NCBI RefSeq assembly: GCF_009914755.1 | Contig: NC_060930.1 | Source: the human T2T-CHM13v2.0 reference genome, Homo sapiens | Direction: 5' to 3' (one strand) | Length of the DNA stretch: 64,000 nucleotides | Shown: piece by piece, positions 28,076 through 42,494 of the stretch | Position numbering within the stretch: the stretch's first letter is position 1 | Layout of the letters: each line of letters opens with the position of its first letter | The notes under the pieces: model-generated | Seen by the model: only the letters and a program-made list of their open reading frames with translations | Told to the model about the DNA's origin: nothing | The model's database searches: none | Program-made: the position numbers and the translations under genes

Positions 28076-29349
28076 ATCAAAAGCCATCAACCCGCCTCAG
28101 CCAGGGCATCATAATGTACATGCAACAGAGTGTTCCAAGAAACTTTCAGCTGAGACCCTAAGACCCTGGACATGCAATGCCAGAGTGAAGTGTGAGGACC
28201 ACAGCTGTGCAGGACATGCAGAAAGGAGGGGCAGAGAGCCAATGAGATGATGTCCCACGACTCACCTGTGTCAGTGGAGACCGAAGGAGACTTGGAGGGT
28301 GCTTTTGGAGAGAACTGCTGATGTTTTGTGAGCCTCACTCTCTCTGTGTGTGGAAATGCTGGAGGATGAAACCGTCTAAACTCTCCTGAAGTCCCGGGAA
28401 TGGAGTTTTAATGGTAATGTGTGATGGGATGTGTGTTCTCTTATGGTATGGGAGACACAGAGGACTCACAGAGGACTGGCCTCTGCCTCTTGACCAGGGA
28501 TCAGGAGAGATGGGAACTGAGCTGGTCAGCTGCTCTTCAGAGCTGGTCGAGGAGAGATTTCTGCTGTGCTGGGAGGGCCTAAAAACATGCATGGATGGAG
28601 CCCAAGGACCAGGTGCAGATCTTATGCAAGAATGAACCAGGGGGTGACTTAGGTCCACCAAAAGACTGCCCAGAGGGACAAAAGGCTATCAGTGAAAAGA
28701 ATCCACAGATGAACTGCCAGTTCCTCAGGGCTGAGGCAAGATCTTAATTTTGAGTAGGAGCAGAGTGTATTACCTACAACAAGGATACCACAGATGAGAA
28801 AACCCTAGTTTTAAACCTGCTACATCCAAAGAGAGCAATGCAACTCTGGCAGTAGCAAAAATGTTGTGCCTCTCCTTTCCTCACTCCTAATTTCCCATCC
28901 CAGAGAAGGGTCAGAAACCATCTTCTGCAAGATGGGAGGAAGGGTAGCAGCCAGACTGCAAAAAGGGAGAAGAAACCAGCTACCTCTTGCTGTTCTCAGT
29001 GGCAGACTCCCCACCTGCAACAGGTCAGGTCTGTTACTGGAGAGAAAAGACAGGTAAGCAACACATGACAACTGCAAAAGATGTTTATAGTGGTAACTTT
29101 TACTTGGGACAGGAAAATTATAAGAGCTGTGTGAAAATATGTTATTGTGTACTGACAAAATTTAAGGAAGCACAGCAAAACTTCAACCTGGGAAAATGGG
29201 GCACAACAAAGTTCACTGGAGACACTTACTGGGGTTATGATTTTAATCTTTGAACGGAATTCAAAACAATGAAGTTACAAGTATAATGGTGATATGCTTG
29301 AGGAAAAAATTATTATTTCTGAATACTTGATGTAAAAAAGTTCAGTTTT

Positions 29350-29525
29350 AGCCAGGTGCAGTGATTCACACCTGTAGTCCCAGCTACTCAGGAGGCTGAG
29401 GCTGGAGGATTGCTTGAGCCTAGGAGTTCAAGGCTGTAGTATGTTATGATCATGCCTGTGAATAACCACTGCACTCCAGCCTGGGCAACATAGCAGGATC
29501 CTGTCTCTAAAAACAAAGAAAAAGT
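29350..29525 (+). mobile_element. Alu right monomer (FRAM/AluJ)
   Basis: GCCAGGTGCAGTGATTCACACCTGTAGTCCCAGCTACTC ... CCTGTCTCTAAAA. Confidence 0.88.
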
Positions 29526-29619
29526 TTAATTGAACTGGAAATCCATTTGCATTATGATTTAACATTTGCATTCCACAATAGGAATAGCTAGCTGTTAGAC
29601 TTAAAGAAGTATAAATTAA

Positions 29620-30000
29620 AGGAGCAAATGATCTGAATTCCAGTTGAGGACAGGAAAGCGGTTTCCTTCAGTTGCAGAAAATGCATGCTGTTCATGGTGA
29701 CAAAGTATTGAAAGCAGCCTGCGTGTGGGTAGGTGAACCATGTGTCTGCACTCCATGGAGTGCCATGCAACAATGGGAAGTAGAGGATGAAAAATACACA
29801 GAACACTTTGGATTGTGCTGAAAACAAAGCAAAGGAATAAAATGAGGTATAGAACACAATGCTATCTACACAAATTAAAAGTACATCATACAAAGCAACA
29901 AAGCACATTTTATAAGAGCACAGACAAATAAAAAATACACATGAAACAGAATAGAGTGGTTGCCCTTTGGGAGGGGCAGGGCAGTGATAATGAGAGTGGG
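29620..30000 (+). mobile_element. L1ME 3' fragment
   Basis: A-rich, with AGAATAGAGTGGTTGCCCTTTGGGAGGGG typical of old L1 3' UTRs. Confidence 0.5.
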
Positions 30001-30890
30001 ATAAGGGAACAATCAGCCTAGCAGGGACCACTGATACAACTGAAGGGTATAAAAACCCACTGGGGTTCAGAAGAAAAAGAATTATTCTAAAAAGAAGTTC
30101 ATTTTCTCATTGAAATTTTGATCACATTTTATTTGGAAATTTTAAACTCAGCATTTAATACTTTCCTGTATACTTAGCATTTTAGTTTTCTTTTAATCAT
30201 GTAATATAAAGAAATGATTTTTTTTTCACTAAGTTCAACACAGATGCCCTCACCATTGCCTTTAGTTTACCCAACATATGGAAAACTGTACTATTTTCCA
30301 TTACTGCCCTGAAAAGGAAAGGCTGGGGAGCCCTGGCCTACTTTGGTTGTTACACAGAAACTTGACTGACACATCTACTCGTGTCTACCCTTCCATGCGA
30401 CAGGCCCCGACTTTATGTTTGAAATACAAGTAGTATGTGGCTATCTTCAGCATCTGTGTTTTAAAAGGTTTGATGGTTATTTTTGCTGAGAACCTCCTCC
30501 CCCTACCCTCCTAGTCATTGCCCATGTGATTAAGAGGCATGATGGCCTCTCACTGGGACAGTCTGAAGCAACAGGATTCACATGAACCTTATGTGACTAC
30601 CTTTCCTGCCTGGCAGCTGCTGACCTAGCCTTCCTGCAGCTAAGGGGAAGGGCCCCGCTCTCTGAGAACCTGTAGCTGCTGCAAAGACCCACACCCCTCC
30701 TCTGTGGTGCGCACACACACACATGCCGTACTCTGCCAGGAGTGGCACAAAACAAATTATCCTCTTTGACTAGGAATTTTCTCTTTCCTTTCACACTGGG
30801 TCTCTGGAGGGAGAGGAGGCGGCAGTAAATTTGCTTGTGTATTTATCACAGGCTGTGGGGCTGAGTCTGTGTGAGGAACCATTCATCTAG

Positions 30891-31060
30891 CAGTGGTGAC
30901 TGCACATTAGAATCACCTTGGGAGCTTTCAAAACATACCCGTGCCTGCACTGAACCCCAGACAAATGGAATCAAAATGGCTGGGGGTGGAGTGTGGGCAC
31001 CAGTAAGTTTTAAAAGCTCCCCAGATGCTTCTAATATGCAGCCAAGGTTGAGATCCACTG
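30891..31060. mobile_element. MER5A
   Basis: TGCACATTAGAATCACCTTGGGAGCTTT ... AAGCTCCCCAGATGCTTCTAATATGCAGCCAAGGTTGAGATCCACTG. Confidence 0.88.
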
Positions 31061-31869
31061 CTCTAAGCTGTACACTTGAAACTGGAGAGTTAGTTAATTC
31101 AGCTTCTTATTGAATTAACAAGACAAGAACTAACTTTAAAAAATCGAAGTTTCAATCTTTTTGTAGCATAAGATCACACTGTAGAGTTCCAGTCAGAAAT
31201 TTTCAGTGGATTCCCCTTACATCCCCCTCTCTTTTTGATCCCTGAATCTTATAGGGTTCCTTGAGGAATTGTTATACAGTGACCTCACCACATTCTTATG
31301 AGATAGAAACAGTAAATATAACCAATCCAAGTTAACGCCAGGGCAGTGTCAGGGAGTTAAAGACTCATTCATTTCCTTCTTAAAATGTAACCATTAGTTT
31401 ATTCCATGCTTATCTATTGGCTGCTAATTATGTGCAAGGAAGTGTCATCACGTGCTGCAGCAGATAAAAAGATACTTAGGATACCACTTGAGTTTTCAAG
31501 ATGCTTACAGTCCAGTTTTCTACAACTAACTAAACCCAAGGAAGTGTGTAATGCCTTGAAAGAAGTTCAAAGTTTTATACTTCAGGAGTGGTAGGGATGA
31601 ACCTAAAAACAGGCTGGGGCCAGCTTGGACTTCACAGGCAGTGGGAGCTTATGAAATGGTGCAGGGTGGAGTGGTGACGTGACAAAGTGGTGCTTTAGGA
31701 GATTATTGTAGCATCTGGATGAAAGGTTAATTAAAGGTAAAGAGTGATTCTAGTTGAGGCAGGAAAACCAGTTTGAAGACTACCTCATAGTCTAGGTTGG
31801 TGTGAATTAATAAGGGCCTGACAAAACTTCTCTGTGTTGGAAAAAATTGGAACCGAAGTTGTTTTGGGG

Positions 31870-32280
31870 AGGAAAGGTGGCCATTGATGGGGAAAGCATG
31901 AGAAAACTTTTTGGGGTAATGGTAATATTCTATATCTTGTTAGGAATTTGGGTTCAAAGGGTATATTCATTTGTAAAATGAATCAGTAAATGTACACGTA
32001 AGATTTGTGCACTACATTATATGTAAGTTTTGTCACAGAAACAAAAACTGTAAACATGGAACTCTAGTTAATGATTGCATTTAGAGGGAAGTGCACTGTT
32101 GTCTGTAATCTAAAGTGTATCAGAAACTAAGACGGATCAATGGATGAAGAGTTATGTGATAAAGCAAGTGTAGTTAACATGTTCATGGTAGAACCTAGGT
32201 GGTGAGTATATGCACATTCGCTATACAATTCTTTCAACTTTGTTATATATTTAAAATTTTTTGTACTAAACTGTAGGAGA
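31870..32280 (+). mobile_element. L1ME 3' UTR fragment among L2 and MIR relics (L2 ~31370-31800, MIR ~32450-32585)
   Basis: GGTAATGGTAATATTCTATATCTTG ... GTAGAACCTAGGTGGTGAGTATATG ... AATTCTTTCAACTTT. Confidence 0.7.
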
Positions 32281-32600
32281 GAAAAGGATTTGAAGCAGAG
32301 AATGAATCCAGTGGTATTTTAAAATTTGAATTGATAAAGCTTGGCATAACTGAATGTAGGGAATGAGGACCCAGAGAAGTGGGAGTTACCATGAACTTCA
32401 GTGATTAGAATAACAGGAAAATAAAGGTATTATTCTTATTAATAGAAACCATTCACTGAGCCCCCAGTTATGTACCAGGTATTGTGGTAGGTGAATTACA
32501 TAGTTTATTTTTCATCTTCACGACAATTCCATATGGAAAATAATATTATATCCATTTTACAGGTGAGAAACAAAAGCCCAGACTGGGACTGGAACAGACT

Positions 32601-32783
32601 TCACACTCTCCCCTAGGTGGTTCTGATTCCATTTGTCCGGGGTTCAGTGCAGGCATTGTTTTTTTTTTTTTTTTTTTTTTGGCATTGGTATGTTTTGAAA
32701 GCTCCCCAGGTGATTCTAATGCATAGTCACCACTGCTAGATGAATGGTTCCTTACACAGACTCAGCCTCATAGCCTATAATAG
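32601..32783 (-). repeat. Inverted duplicate of 30843-30995 (unique flank plus part of MER5A) containing a T22 insertion
   Basis: Manual alignment: 10 mismatches over 124 bp (30850-30973 vs 32624-32776, excluding the insert). Confidence 0.88.
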
Positions 32784-32909
32784 CCAGGCTGGTTAAATAG
32801 TAAAAGAAATAGGGAAGTCAGAAAAGGTTTGAGGGGGAATTGATGTCTGATTTTGAGATGAAAGAAGCATATTAAAATAATTTTAAAATCTCATATATTT
32901 CAGGTGTGA

Positions 32910-33520
<611 letters not shown>

Positions 33521-33835
33521 TGACATGATATTTTGAAACACATATACATAGTGAAATGATTACTAAAGTCGTGCAAATTAATACATTCATCTCTTCACAT
33601 AGTCACCCCATTTTTTTTGTTTTAGAGTGAGAGCACTTGAAGTCTCTCAGCAAATTTCCGGTATACAACACAGTATTATTAACTATGGTCACCATGCTGT
33701 ACGTTAGATCTCTAAACTCCTTCATCCTACAGAACTGCAACTTTGTACCCTTTGACCAACGTCTTCATGTTTCTCCAACTCTCTGCCCCTGGGAAGCACT
33801 GTTCTACTCTCTGTTTCTATGTATGACTTTTTTAG

Positions 33836-34248
<413 letters not shown>

Positions 34249-37200
34249 GATCTCCTTCTTTTTTAAGGCTGCCTAATATTCCATTGGGTGTGTGTATATA
34301 AGTGTGTATATGTACACATACATCACATTCTTTCTATCCATTCATCCATCAACAGATGCAGGTTGTTTCTATATCTTAGCTGTTATGAATTATGCTGCAG
34401 TGAACATGGGAGTTCAGATGATCTTTTCGAGGTGCTGATTTCATTGTGTTTGGATATATACCCAGAAGTGGGAGAGCTAGATAATGTGGCAATTCTATTT
34501 TTAATTTTTTGAGGAACCTCTGTGCTGTTTTTTATGAATGGGGCTGTACCAATTTACATTCCCACAAATAGTGTACATGCTTCCCTTTTCTCCATACCCT
34601 CACCAATACTTATCGCTTGTCTTTTTGATAATAGCCATCCTAACAGGTGTAAGGTGATATCTCATAGTAGTTTTAATTTGTATTTCCTTGATGATTAGTG
34701 ATGTTGAATACCTTTTCATATATCTGTTGGCCATTGGTATGTCTTCCTCAGAAAAATGTCTGTTGCAAGTCCTTTGCCCATTTTTAAATCGGGTTGTTTG
34801 TTTTTTTGTTATTGAGTTGTGTGAGTTTCTTATATGTTGTGGATATTAACCCTTTACCAGATATATGGTTTGCAAATATTTTCTCCCAATTCATAGAGTG
34901 CCTTTTCATTTTGTTGATTGCTCTCTTTGCTGTGCAGAAGCTTTTTAGTTTGATATTGTCCCACTTGTTTATTTTTGCTTCTGTTGCCTGAATTTTTTAT
35001 GTGTGTTAAGAAATAATTGCCAAAGCCAAGATCAAAAAGTTTTTCTCCCGACTTATTTCTAGAAGTTCTTTAGTTTCAGGTCACATTTAAACCTTTAATC
35101 CATTTTGAGCTGATTTTTGTATATGGTGTTAAAAAAGGGGGGCCAATTTCATTCCTTTGTATGTGGATATCCAGTTTTCCCAGCACCATTTGTGGAATAG
35201 ACTATCTTTTTCCTATTGTGTCTTACTGGTGTCCTTGTTGAAGGTCAGTTGATAAATGTGTGGGTTTATTTCTGGGCTCCCTATTCTGATCCATTGGTCT
35301 ATGCATGTGGTTGTATACTAATATCATACTGTTAAGATACTATAACTTTGTAATATAATTTGAAATCAGGAAATGTAATTCCTCCAACTTTATTTTCCTT
35401 TCTCAAGACTGCTTTTGCTACTCATGGTCTTTTGTGGTTTCATACAAATTCTAGAATGGGTTTTTCTATTTTTGTGAAAAATGTCTGAAATTTTCATAGA
35501 AATTGCATTCAATCTGTAGATTACTTTTTGTAGTATGGACATTTTAATAATATTAATGTTTTCCAATCCATGAACATAGAGTATCTTTCCATTTATTTGT
35601 GTCTTCTTCAATTTTTTAAATCAATGTTTTATACTTTTCAGTTTTCAAATCTTTCACTTCTCTGGTTAAATTAATTCCTAAGTATTTTATTCTTTTTGAT
35701 GCTATCATAAATAGGGTTACTTTCTTGATTTTCTTTCAGATGGTTTGTTATTGGTGTATATAAATGCAACTGATTTTTGTATCCTGATTTTGTATTCTAC
35801 AACTTTAATGAATTTGTTTATTAGTCAAATCGTGTTTTTTTTTTCTGGAGCCTTTAGTATTTTCTACATATAGAATCATGCCATCTGTAAATAGGGATAA
35901 TTTTACCTCTTCTTTCCAAGTGGACACTTTTTATTTCTTTTTCTTGTCTGATTGCTCTTGCCAGTACTTCTACTACTAGATTGAATAGAAGTAGTGATGA
36001 TGGGCATTGTTGCTTTGTACTGGATCTTAGAGGAAAAATTTTCAGTTTTTCTCCATGGATTATGATGTTAGCTGTAAGCTTTTCGTAAATGACCTGATAT
36101 GTTGAGGGAATTTCTATCTATTCCTATTTTGTTGAGTGTTTATCATAAATGGATGTTGAACTTTGTCAAATGCTTTTCTGCATCTATTAAGATGATCACA
36201 TGGTTTTTAACTTTCATTCTGTTTTGTAGCATATGACATTGATTGATTTGTATATGTTGAACTCATCTTGCATCTCAGGGACAAATCTCACTTGGTCATG
36301 GTGTATAATATTTTTGACGTGTTATTGAAGTCAGTTTGCTAGTATTTTACTGAGGAATTTTGTGAGATGGTAATGTTTAGTAGGAAATTTGAAATATGTG
36401 GGTCTTACTACACAGGATAAGGCTAGAGATCTATAGATTTGATGATTGCCTACACTCCAGAAGGCAGCAAAACAGAGACATCTGAAAAGATATAATGATT
36501 GAAATAAGGTAAGCAAAATGAGACTCTGAAGAGAAGCAATAGACGGAAGAGGGATAAAAATAGAGAATATGGGAGAATGGCCACAGCTGGAATGGGAAGA
36601 AAAAGAGAAGCTAGAAAAGTTTACATCGTGCCAAACTCTATCCCTATTCTGGAGTGGAAATAAACTGGGTAGGACTAGGAACTACAGTGGCAATTTCATG
36701 CTTAGCCACTGTGAGTTCAAGCAATTCTTTCTACTCCCTCCTGATTTACTCTTGATCCTTGTGACTAGTGTTCTACTCATATTAAAGAGCAGTATACCTT
36801 TTTAGCCAGTCATCTAGTGCAACTTTCCTTTATTCTTTTGCTTGTTTTCTTTTCTCTAAGCAGTTTGGGCTCTACCTGTTATCACTCTCAGCCAAATGGA
36901 CAACATCGATCTTTACTCAGTATTTTGAGATACTCATATCCTCAGTCCCTATATCATGATTCTGAATACCAGAAAGGTTGAAACTGCCTGTGACCATCAC
37001 AAATCTTTTTGATTATGATGAAATCCCTGATGCTATCTCATGGTCAAAATGATAGTGACATTTTTCATCATGCAGCTGGTCCTACCCTGATTACTACTTC
37101 CTCTTCTGGCTAAATCCAATCACATTTGTGCCATTTACCCTTTGAATTCTCTTTCATTCCCACATGATTTAACACATAGAAGTAGTAGAAGTAGTATAGA

Positions 37201-37689
37201 GCCAGATGGAGGTATTGTCTCTTCCCTGTGAGGAAAGAGATTTGAAGAAGATAGTAAGCAGTCTCAGCTGATACAAAGGAGACATAGAAGGATAGAACTG
37301 TAGTAAGATCTTTGAAGATGGCCTTCATTCTTTATCTGACTTACTAAGTTTAAGACTTTTTGTGGTATTAATACACACAAAAATTCTATCAATTTTTAAT
37401 AGTCTGTCAGGTAAATAAATTATATACAAATGATTTTAAAACAAGATGTACATCAATTCTGAAGTTCACAGGATCAATTAATAAAAAACGCAGTATACAG
37501 TGAGAAGGAAATTTTGGGCAATTTCAAGAGTGTTGTTTCTGTAAAGTCGTAGGGCAATTGCCAAATTTTAGTAAAAGAAATATTTGATATTGTGGAAATT
37601 GAGATAATTAAGGCAGAGTTTTAGACCATTTGTGGCTAAAGTTTGACTATGAAGGAAAAGAGGAAAAGTAGATTGATTGGGATAGCAGG

Positions 37690-38245
37690 TAGAAAAGAAT
37701 TCCAAGGGCTTTTAGTAAGAACTATATACAATGAAGACTCCTAAACTTGAGCTTAATATATGCCAAGTACTATTCTGGACATTGAAGATACAAGTAATCA
37801 TAATGTCATATTCTTACCTTCAAGTATCTCAGGGTCTACTGGAGAAGATAAACAGATTAACATACATTATAACAAAGAAAGTGTTAAAATAGTAGTATGA
37901 ACATAGATATTTAAAAGAAGGAGTATCTAACTTTTTTCTTGGAGCACAGGCAAAGCTTCATAGAGGAAGTGGCATTTAAGATGAGCCTTACTGATCAGTA
38001 GTAGCTTGGGAAGAGAGAAAAGGGAAAGGGAATTTTTAGCAAGAGATATGGCTTGTGCAAAGGCTTAAAACGGTGGAAAAGCATGGTATATTTGAGGATT
38101 CATGAGCAGTTCAATTTGACTGAGTTATAGGGTGAATGAAAGGGAGTAGCAGGAGATGAAGCTGGAAAGATTTCCTAACACTAGGTGGTAAAAGGAACTT
38201 CTCTAACCTGGTAAGAAGTTTGGATTTTATTCTGTAGGCAAAAAA
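37690..38245 (-). mobile_element. L2 3' region, degraded
   Basis: TATATGCCAAGTACTATTCTGG ... GCTTGTGCAAAGGC ... AAGAAGTTTGGATTTTATTCTGTAGGCAA. Confidence 0.65.
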
Positions 38246-38298
38246 ATAACTCAAGCTGAGTAGAATATTATAAAATTTTTGTTTAAAAAAGAAAACTT

Positions 38299-38925
<627 letters not shown>

Positions 38926-40100
38926 CACTAACTTTCAGGTATGATGGAATAGTTCAGACAGAATAACGCTTCTTCTAAGATCAGCTAGAGAAGTTAGAAA
39001 AATATATATTTTAAATATATGTTTGAAGTAATCAAAGAGCTACAGAGGAAAATAGTAATTAACGGGACAAAACCTTGGAGAAGGGAGAACCATATAGAGA
39101 ATTGAGCTGACATTATGCAGTCTCTTTTTTCCTCAGGACATTTTTAAATTCTAGGTATAGAGCAATAAAAGAAGAATTCAAGCAAAGGGATCAGGAAGAG
39201 GATTGCTACTAAGAGGCAGAGAAACCAATGAAGCCTTTTGCCATCTCACACTGGAAAGACAAAAAGTCATAGAGGCTTGATTTTTATAAGGAAAGAGAAG
39301 TGAGAAACTGACCTCGATACTTTGTTGGACTTGCCTAAAGACATTTGCTGAATTCTCGGGCTGTGCTGGGATGGAGATTAGAGGCCAAATAAAAACCTCT
39401 GGTAAGTAGTGCACAGGTTTTGGTAATCACTTATTGCTGAAAAGGGAGGTATTAGATGTCAGACCTCCATAAGTCCTCAGGTGAAACACCTAGATGCTAT
39501 GACCGAAGAGTCAGGATTGATCTAGAAGTAAACTGAACCTGTAGTCATCTCAGTCTCGAATGGGAACAAAGCATTAATCGCCTACTTGATCTGCTAGCAA
39601 AGGAAATAGTAATCACTGAAGGAAGATAAGATAAAATCATCCACAACCCCTAAACATTTTCATACACAATGTGCGACATTTAATAAAAAGTTGCTAGGCA
39701 TGGCACACCTTATGACTGAAAAATAACAATAGAAAAAACACAATAAAAACAGTTTCAAGGAAAGCCAAATATTAGAATTATTAGAAAAATAATTTAAGAT
39801 AGCTATGATTAATATGTCAAGATAATAGAGAAAAATGGAGAATTTTACTAGAAAATTTGAATCCATAAAATAGAAATACTAGAACTGAAAAATTCAAAAA
39901 CTGAAATTAAGTACTCAATAAAAGAGTTTAACAGCACATTAGCCATACAAGACCAAAATAGTAGTAAACTAGAAGAAAAGTGAATAGAAAATATGCAAAC
40001 TGAAGCATAATGTTTAAAAAGGGTGGGTAATATAGAAAAGAGAGTACTGTGTACTTTTGAAATTAAAGTCTCCAAAAGAGAAAAGTACAAGAATGGGTCA

Positions 40101-40490
40101 TGTATCAGTTTGTTCTCATGCTGCTATAAAGAACTGCCTGAGACTGGTTAATTTATAAAGGAAAGAGGTTTAATTGACTCAGTTCTGCATGGCTGGGGAA
40201 GCCTCAGGAAACTTACAATCATGGTGGAAGAGGATGGAAACATGTCCTTCTTCACATGGTGGCAGGAAGAAGAAGAATGAGAGAAGTGCAGAACAAAGGG
40301 GTGGGGGAAGCCCTTCACAAAACCATCAGATCTTGTGAGAACTCATTCACTATCACGAGAACAGCATGGGGGAACTGCCCCCGTAATTCATTCACCTCCC
40401 ATGAGGTCCCTCTCTGAACATGTGGGGATTACAATTCAGATTAAAATTCAAGATGAGATCTCGGTGAGGACACAGAGCCAAACCATATCA
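40101..40490 (-). mobile_element. THE1D/MSTA solo LTR
   Basis: TGTATCAGTTTGTTCTCATGCTGCTATAAAGAACTGCCTGAGACTGG ... GACACAGAGCCAAACCATATCA; 5-bp TSD GGTCA/GATCA. Confidence 0.9.
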
Positions 40491-40780
40491 GATCAGAAGC
40501 AATATTTTAATAAATAATGGCTGCAAAATTCTCTGAAATTAATGAAAGACAAGCCTCAGATTCAAGCCTACAAACCCAAAGTAAGATGAATTTTAAAAAT
40601 ACAACCTAAGCACATTATAGCCAAACTGTTAAAACCAAAGACAAGTGAAAATCTTTCAGGCAGTTAGATTTTAAAAAAAGCATAGTAGTTGTAAAAGCAA
40701 CAAAAGACTTAAATTCACTCCTCAGCTGAGATGATGGAAGATGGAAGACAATGAAATAACATTTAAAAAGTGCTGAAAGA

Positions 40781-40925
40781 GTTGGGTGTGGTAGCTCACA
40801 CCTGTAATCTCAGCTACATGGAAGGATGAGGCAGGAGTATCACTTGAGCCCAGGAATTTGAGACCAGCCTGGGGAACTTAGACCACATTTCTAAAAAAAA
40901 AGAAAAAGAAAAAATATGAAAAGCA
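40781..40925 (+). mobile_element. FLAM-type Alu monomer
   Basis: Single monomer with A tail; TSD ending GTGCTGAAAGA on both sides. Confidence 0.88.
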
Positions 40926-42275
40926 AAAGGTGCTGAAAGAAAATAATTGCCCATCTAGAACTCTGTACCAAGCAAAAATACTATTCAAAAATGAAGGCAA
41001 ATTGAAGACATTTCTAGATAAACAAGAGTGAAAATATTCATCATTAGCAGATGTGAACTAAAAGAAATACTAAAAGGAATTCCGCAGACAAAAGAAAAAT
41101 GGTCCCACACAGAAGCATGGAAACATGAGAAAATAATAAAGAAAAATAAAAAGAGATGATATGAGGGTAAATGTAAGTAAATATTCACCATATATGTCAA
41201 TAATTTAATGTCTTATGGGGATTAAAATGTAGAATGAATATAGGAGCAGAAAAATATAAAACAGATGTTCACTAGAAAAAATAAACAAAACCCAAAGTGT
41301 ATTATTTGAAAAGAACAATAAAATTGATAGGCCCTTTAGCATGACATCATAAATAGAAGCAAAGACACAAATTTTCACTATTAGGAAGAAAAATGAAACA
41401 TCCATCAAGTTATATAGATATCGAATAGATTAATAAGGAATATAATCAATAATTATGTCATTTAAAATTGTGGTGAAACTGAGAAATCCCTAGAAAAACA
41501 TAGCCTACCAAAATGGACACAAAGAGAAAAAAAATTCATATATCTATTTTAAAAACCTAACCTATAATTAAAAACGTTCACACAAGTAAAACTCCAGATT
41601 CAGTGGTTTCACCGGTGATTTCTTTCAAACATTAAATGAGGAAATAACAACAATCTTACATAAATTCTCTTAGGGGATAGAAAGAGGAAACACTTCTCTA
41701 CTTTTTTGTAAGGCCAATATGATCTTAATTCTAAAACATACAAGAAAGGAAAATTATAGGCCAATTTCTAGAAGAAAATGCTTTTAAAAATTACCAAATA
41801 AAGACTAGTACATCACAACAAGTCAGGGTTAATTTCAATAACGCAATGTTAGTTTCCCACTTAAAAATCAATCAACATGATTGCTGGCAAGGTGGCCAAA
41901 TAGGAACAGCTCCGGTCCACAGCTCCCAGTGAGAGAGACGCAGAAGGCGGGTGATTTTGCATTTCCAACTGAGGTACCCGCTTTATCTCACTGGGACTGG
42001 TTGGACAGTGGGTGCGAGCCGAAGCAGAGTGGGGCATTGCCTCACCTGGGAAGCACAAGGGGTTGGGGAGTTCCCTGCCCTAGCCAAGGAAAGCTGGGAG
42101 GGACTGTGAACAGTGCACTCCAGCCTAGATAATGCACTCTCCCCATGGTCTTTGCAACCTGCAGACCAGGAGATTCCCCCCGGTGCCTACACCACCAGGA
42201 CCCTAGGTGTCAAGCACAAAACTGGGCAGCTATTTGGGCAGACACCGAGCTAGCTGCAGGAATTTTTTTTTTTTT

Positions 42276-42494
42276 TCATACTCCAGTGGCACCTGGAACA
42301 CCAATGAGACAGAACCATTCACTCCCCTGGAAAGGGGGCTGAAGCCAGGGAGCCAAGTTGTCTGGCTCGGTGGGTCCCACCCCCACAGAGCCCAGCAAGC
42401 TGAGATCCACTGGCTTGAAATTCTCACTGCCAGCACAGCAGTCTGAGGTCAACCTGGGATGCTTGAGCTTGGTGCGGGGAGGGGCATCCACCAT
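42276..42494 (-). CDS. L1 antisense ORF0-like open frame (72 aa)
   Basis: MVDAPPRTKLKHPRLTSDCCAGSEN...SVGVGPTEP resembles the recalled L1HS ORF0 (MAGAPPPASLPPCSLISDCCASN..SVGVGPSEP); context gcaATGg. Expression unknown. Confidence 0.5.
   Translation of the reverse strand: MVDAPPRTKLKHPRLTSDCCAGSENFKPVDLSLLGSVGVGPTEPDNLAPWLQPPFQGSEWFCLIGVPGATGV

Noticed and set aside
27885-28661. ORFs of 74-121 aa in a non-repeat stretch, one with repeated LLFSCQL
   Set aside because: The peptide repeat comes from a 21-bp tandem duplication; no recognisable domain or coding exon structure.
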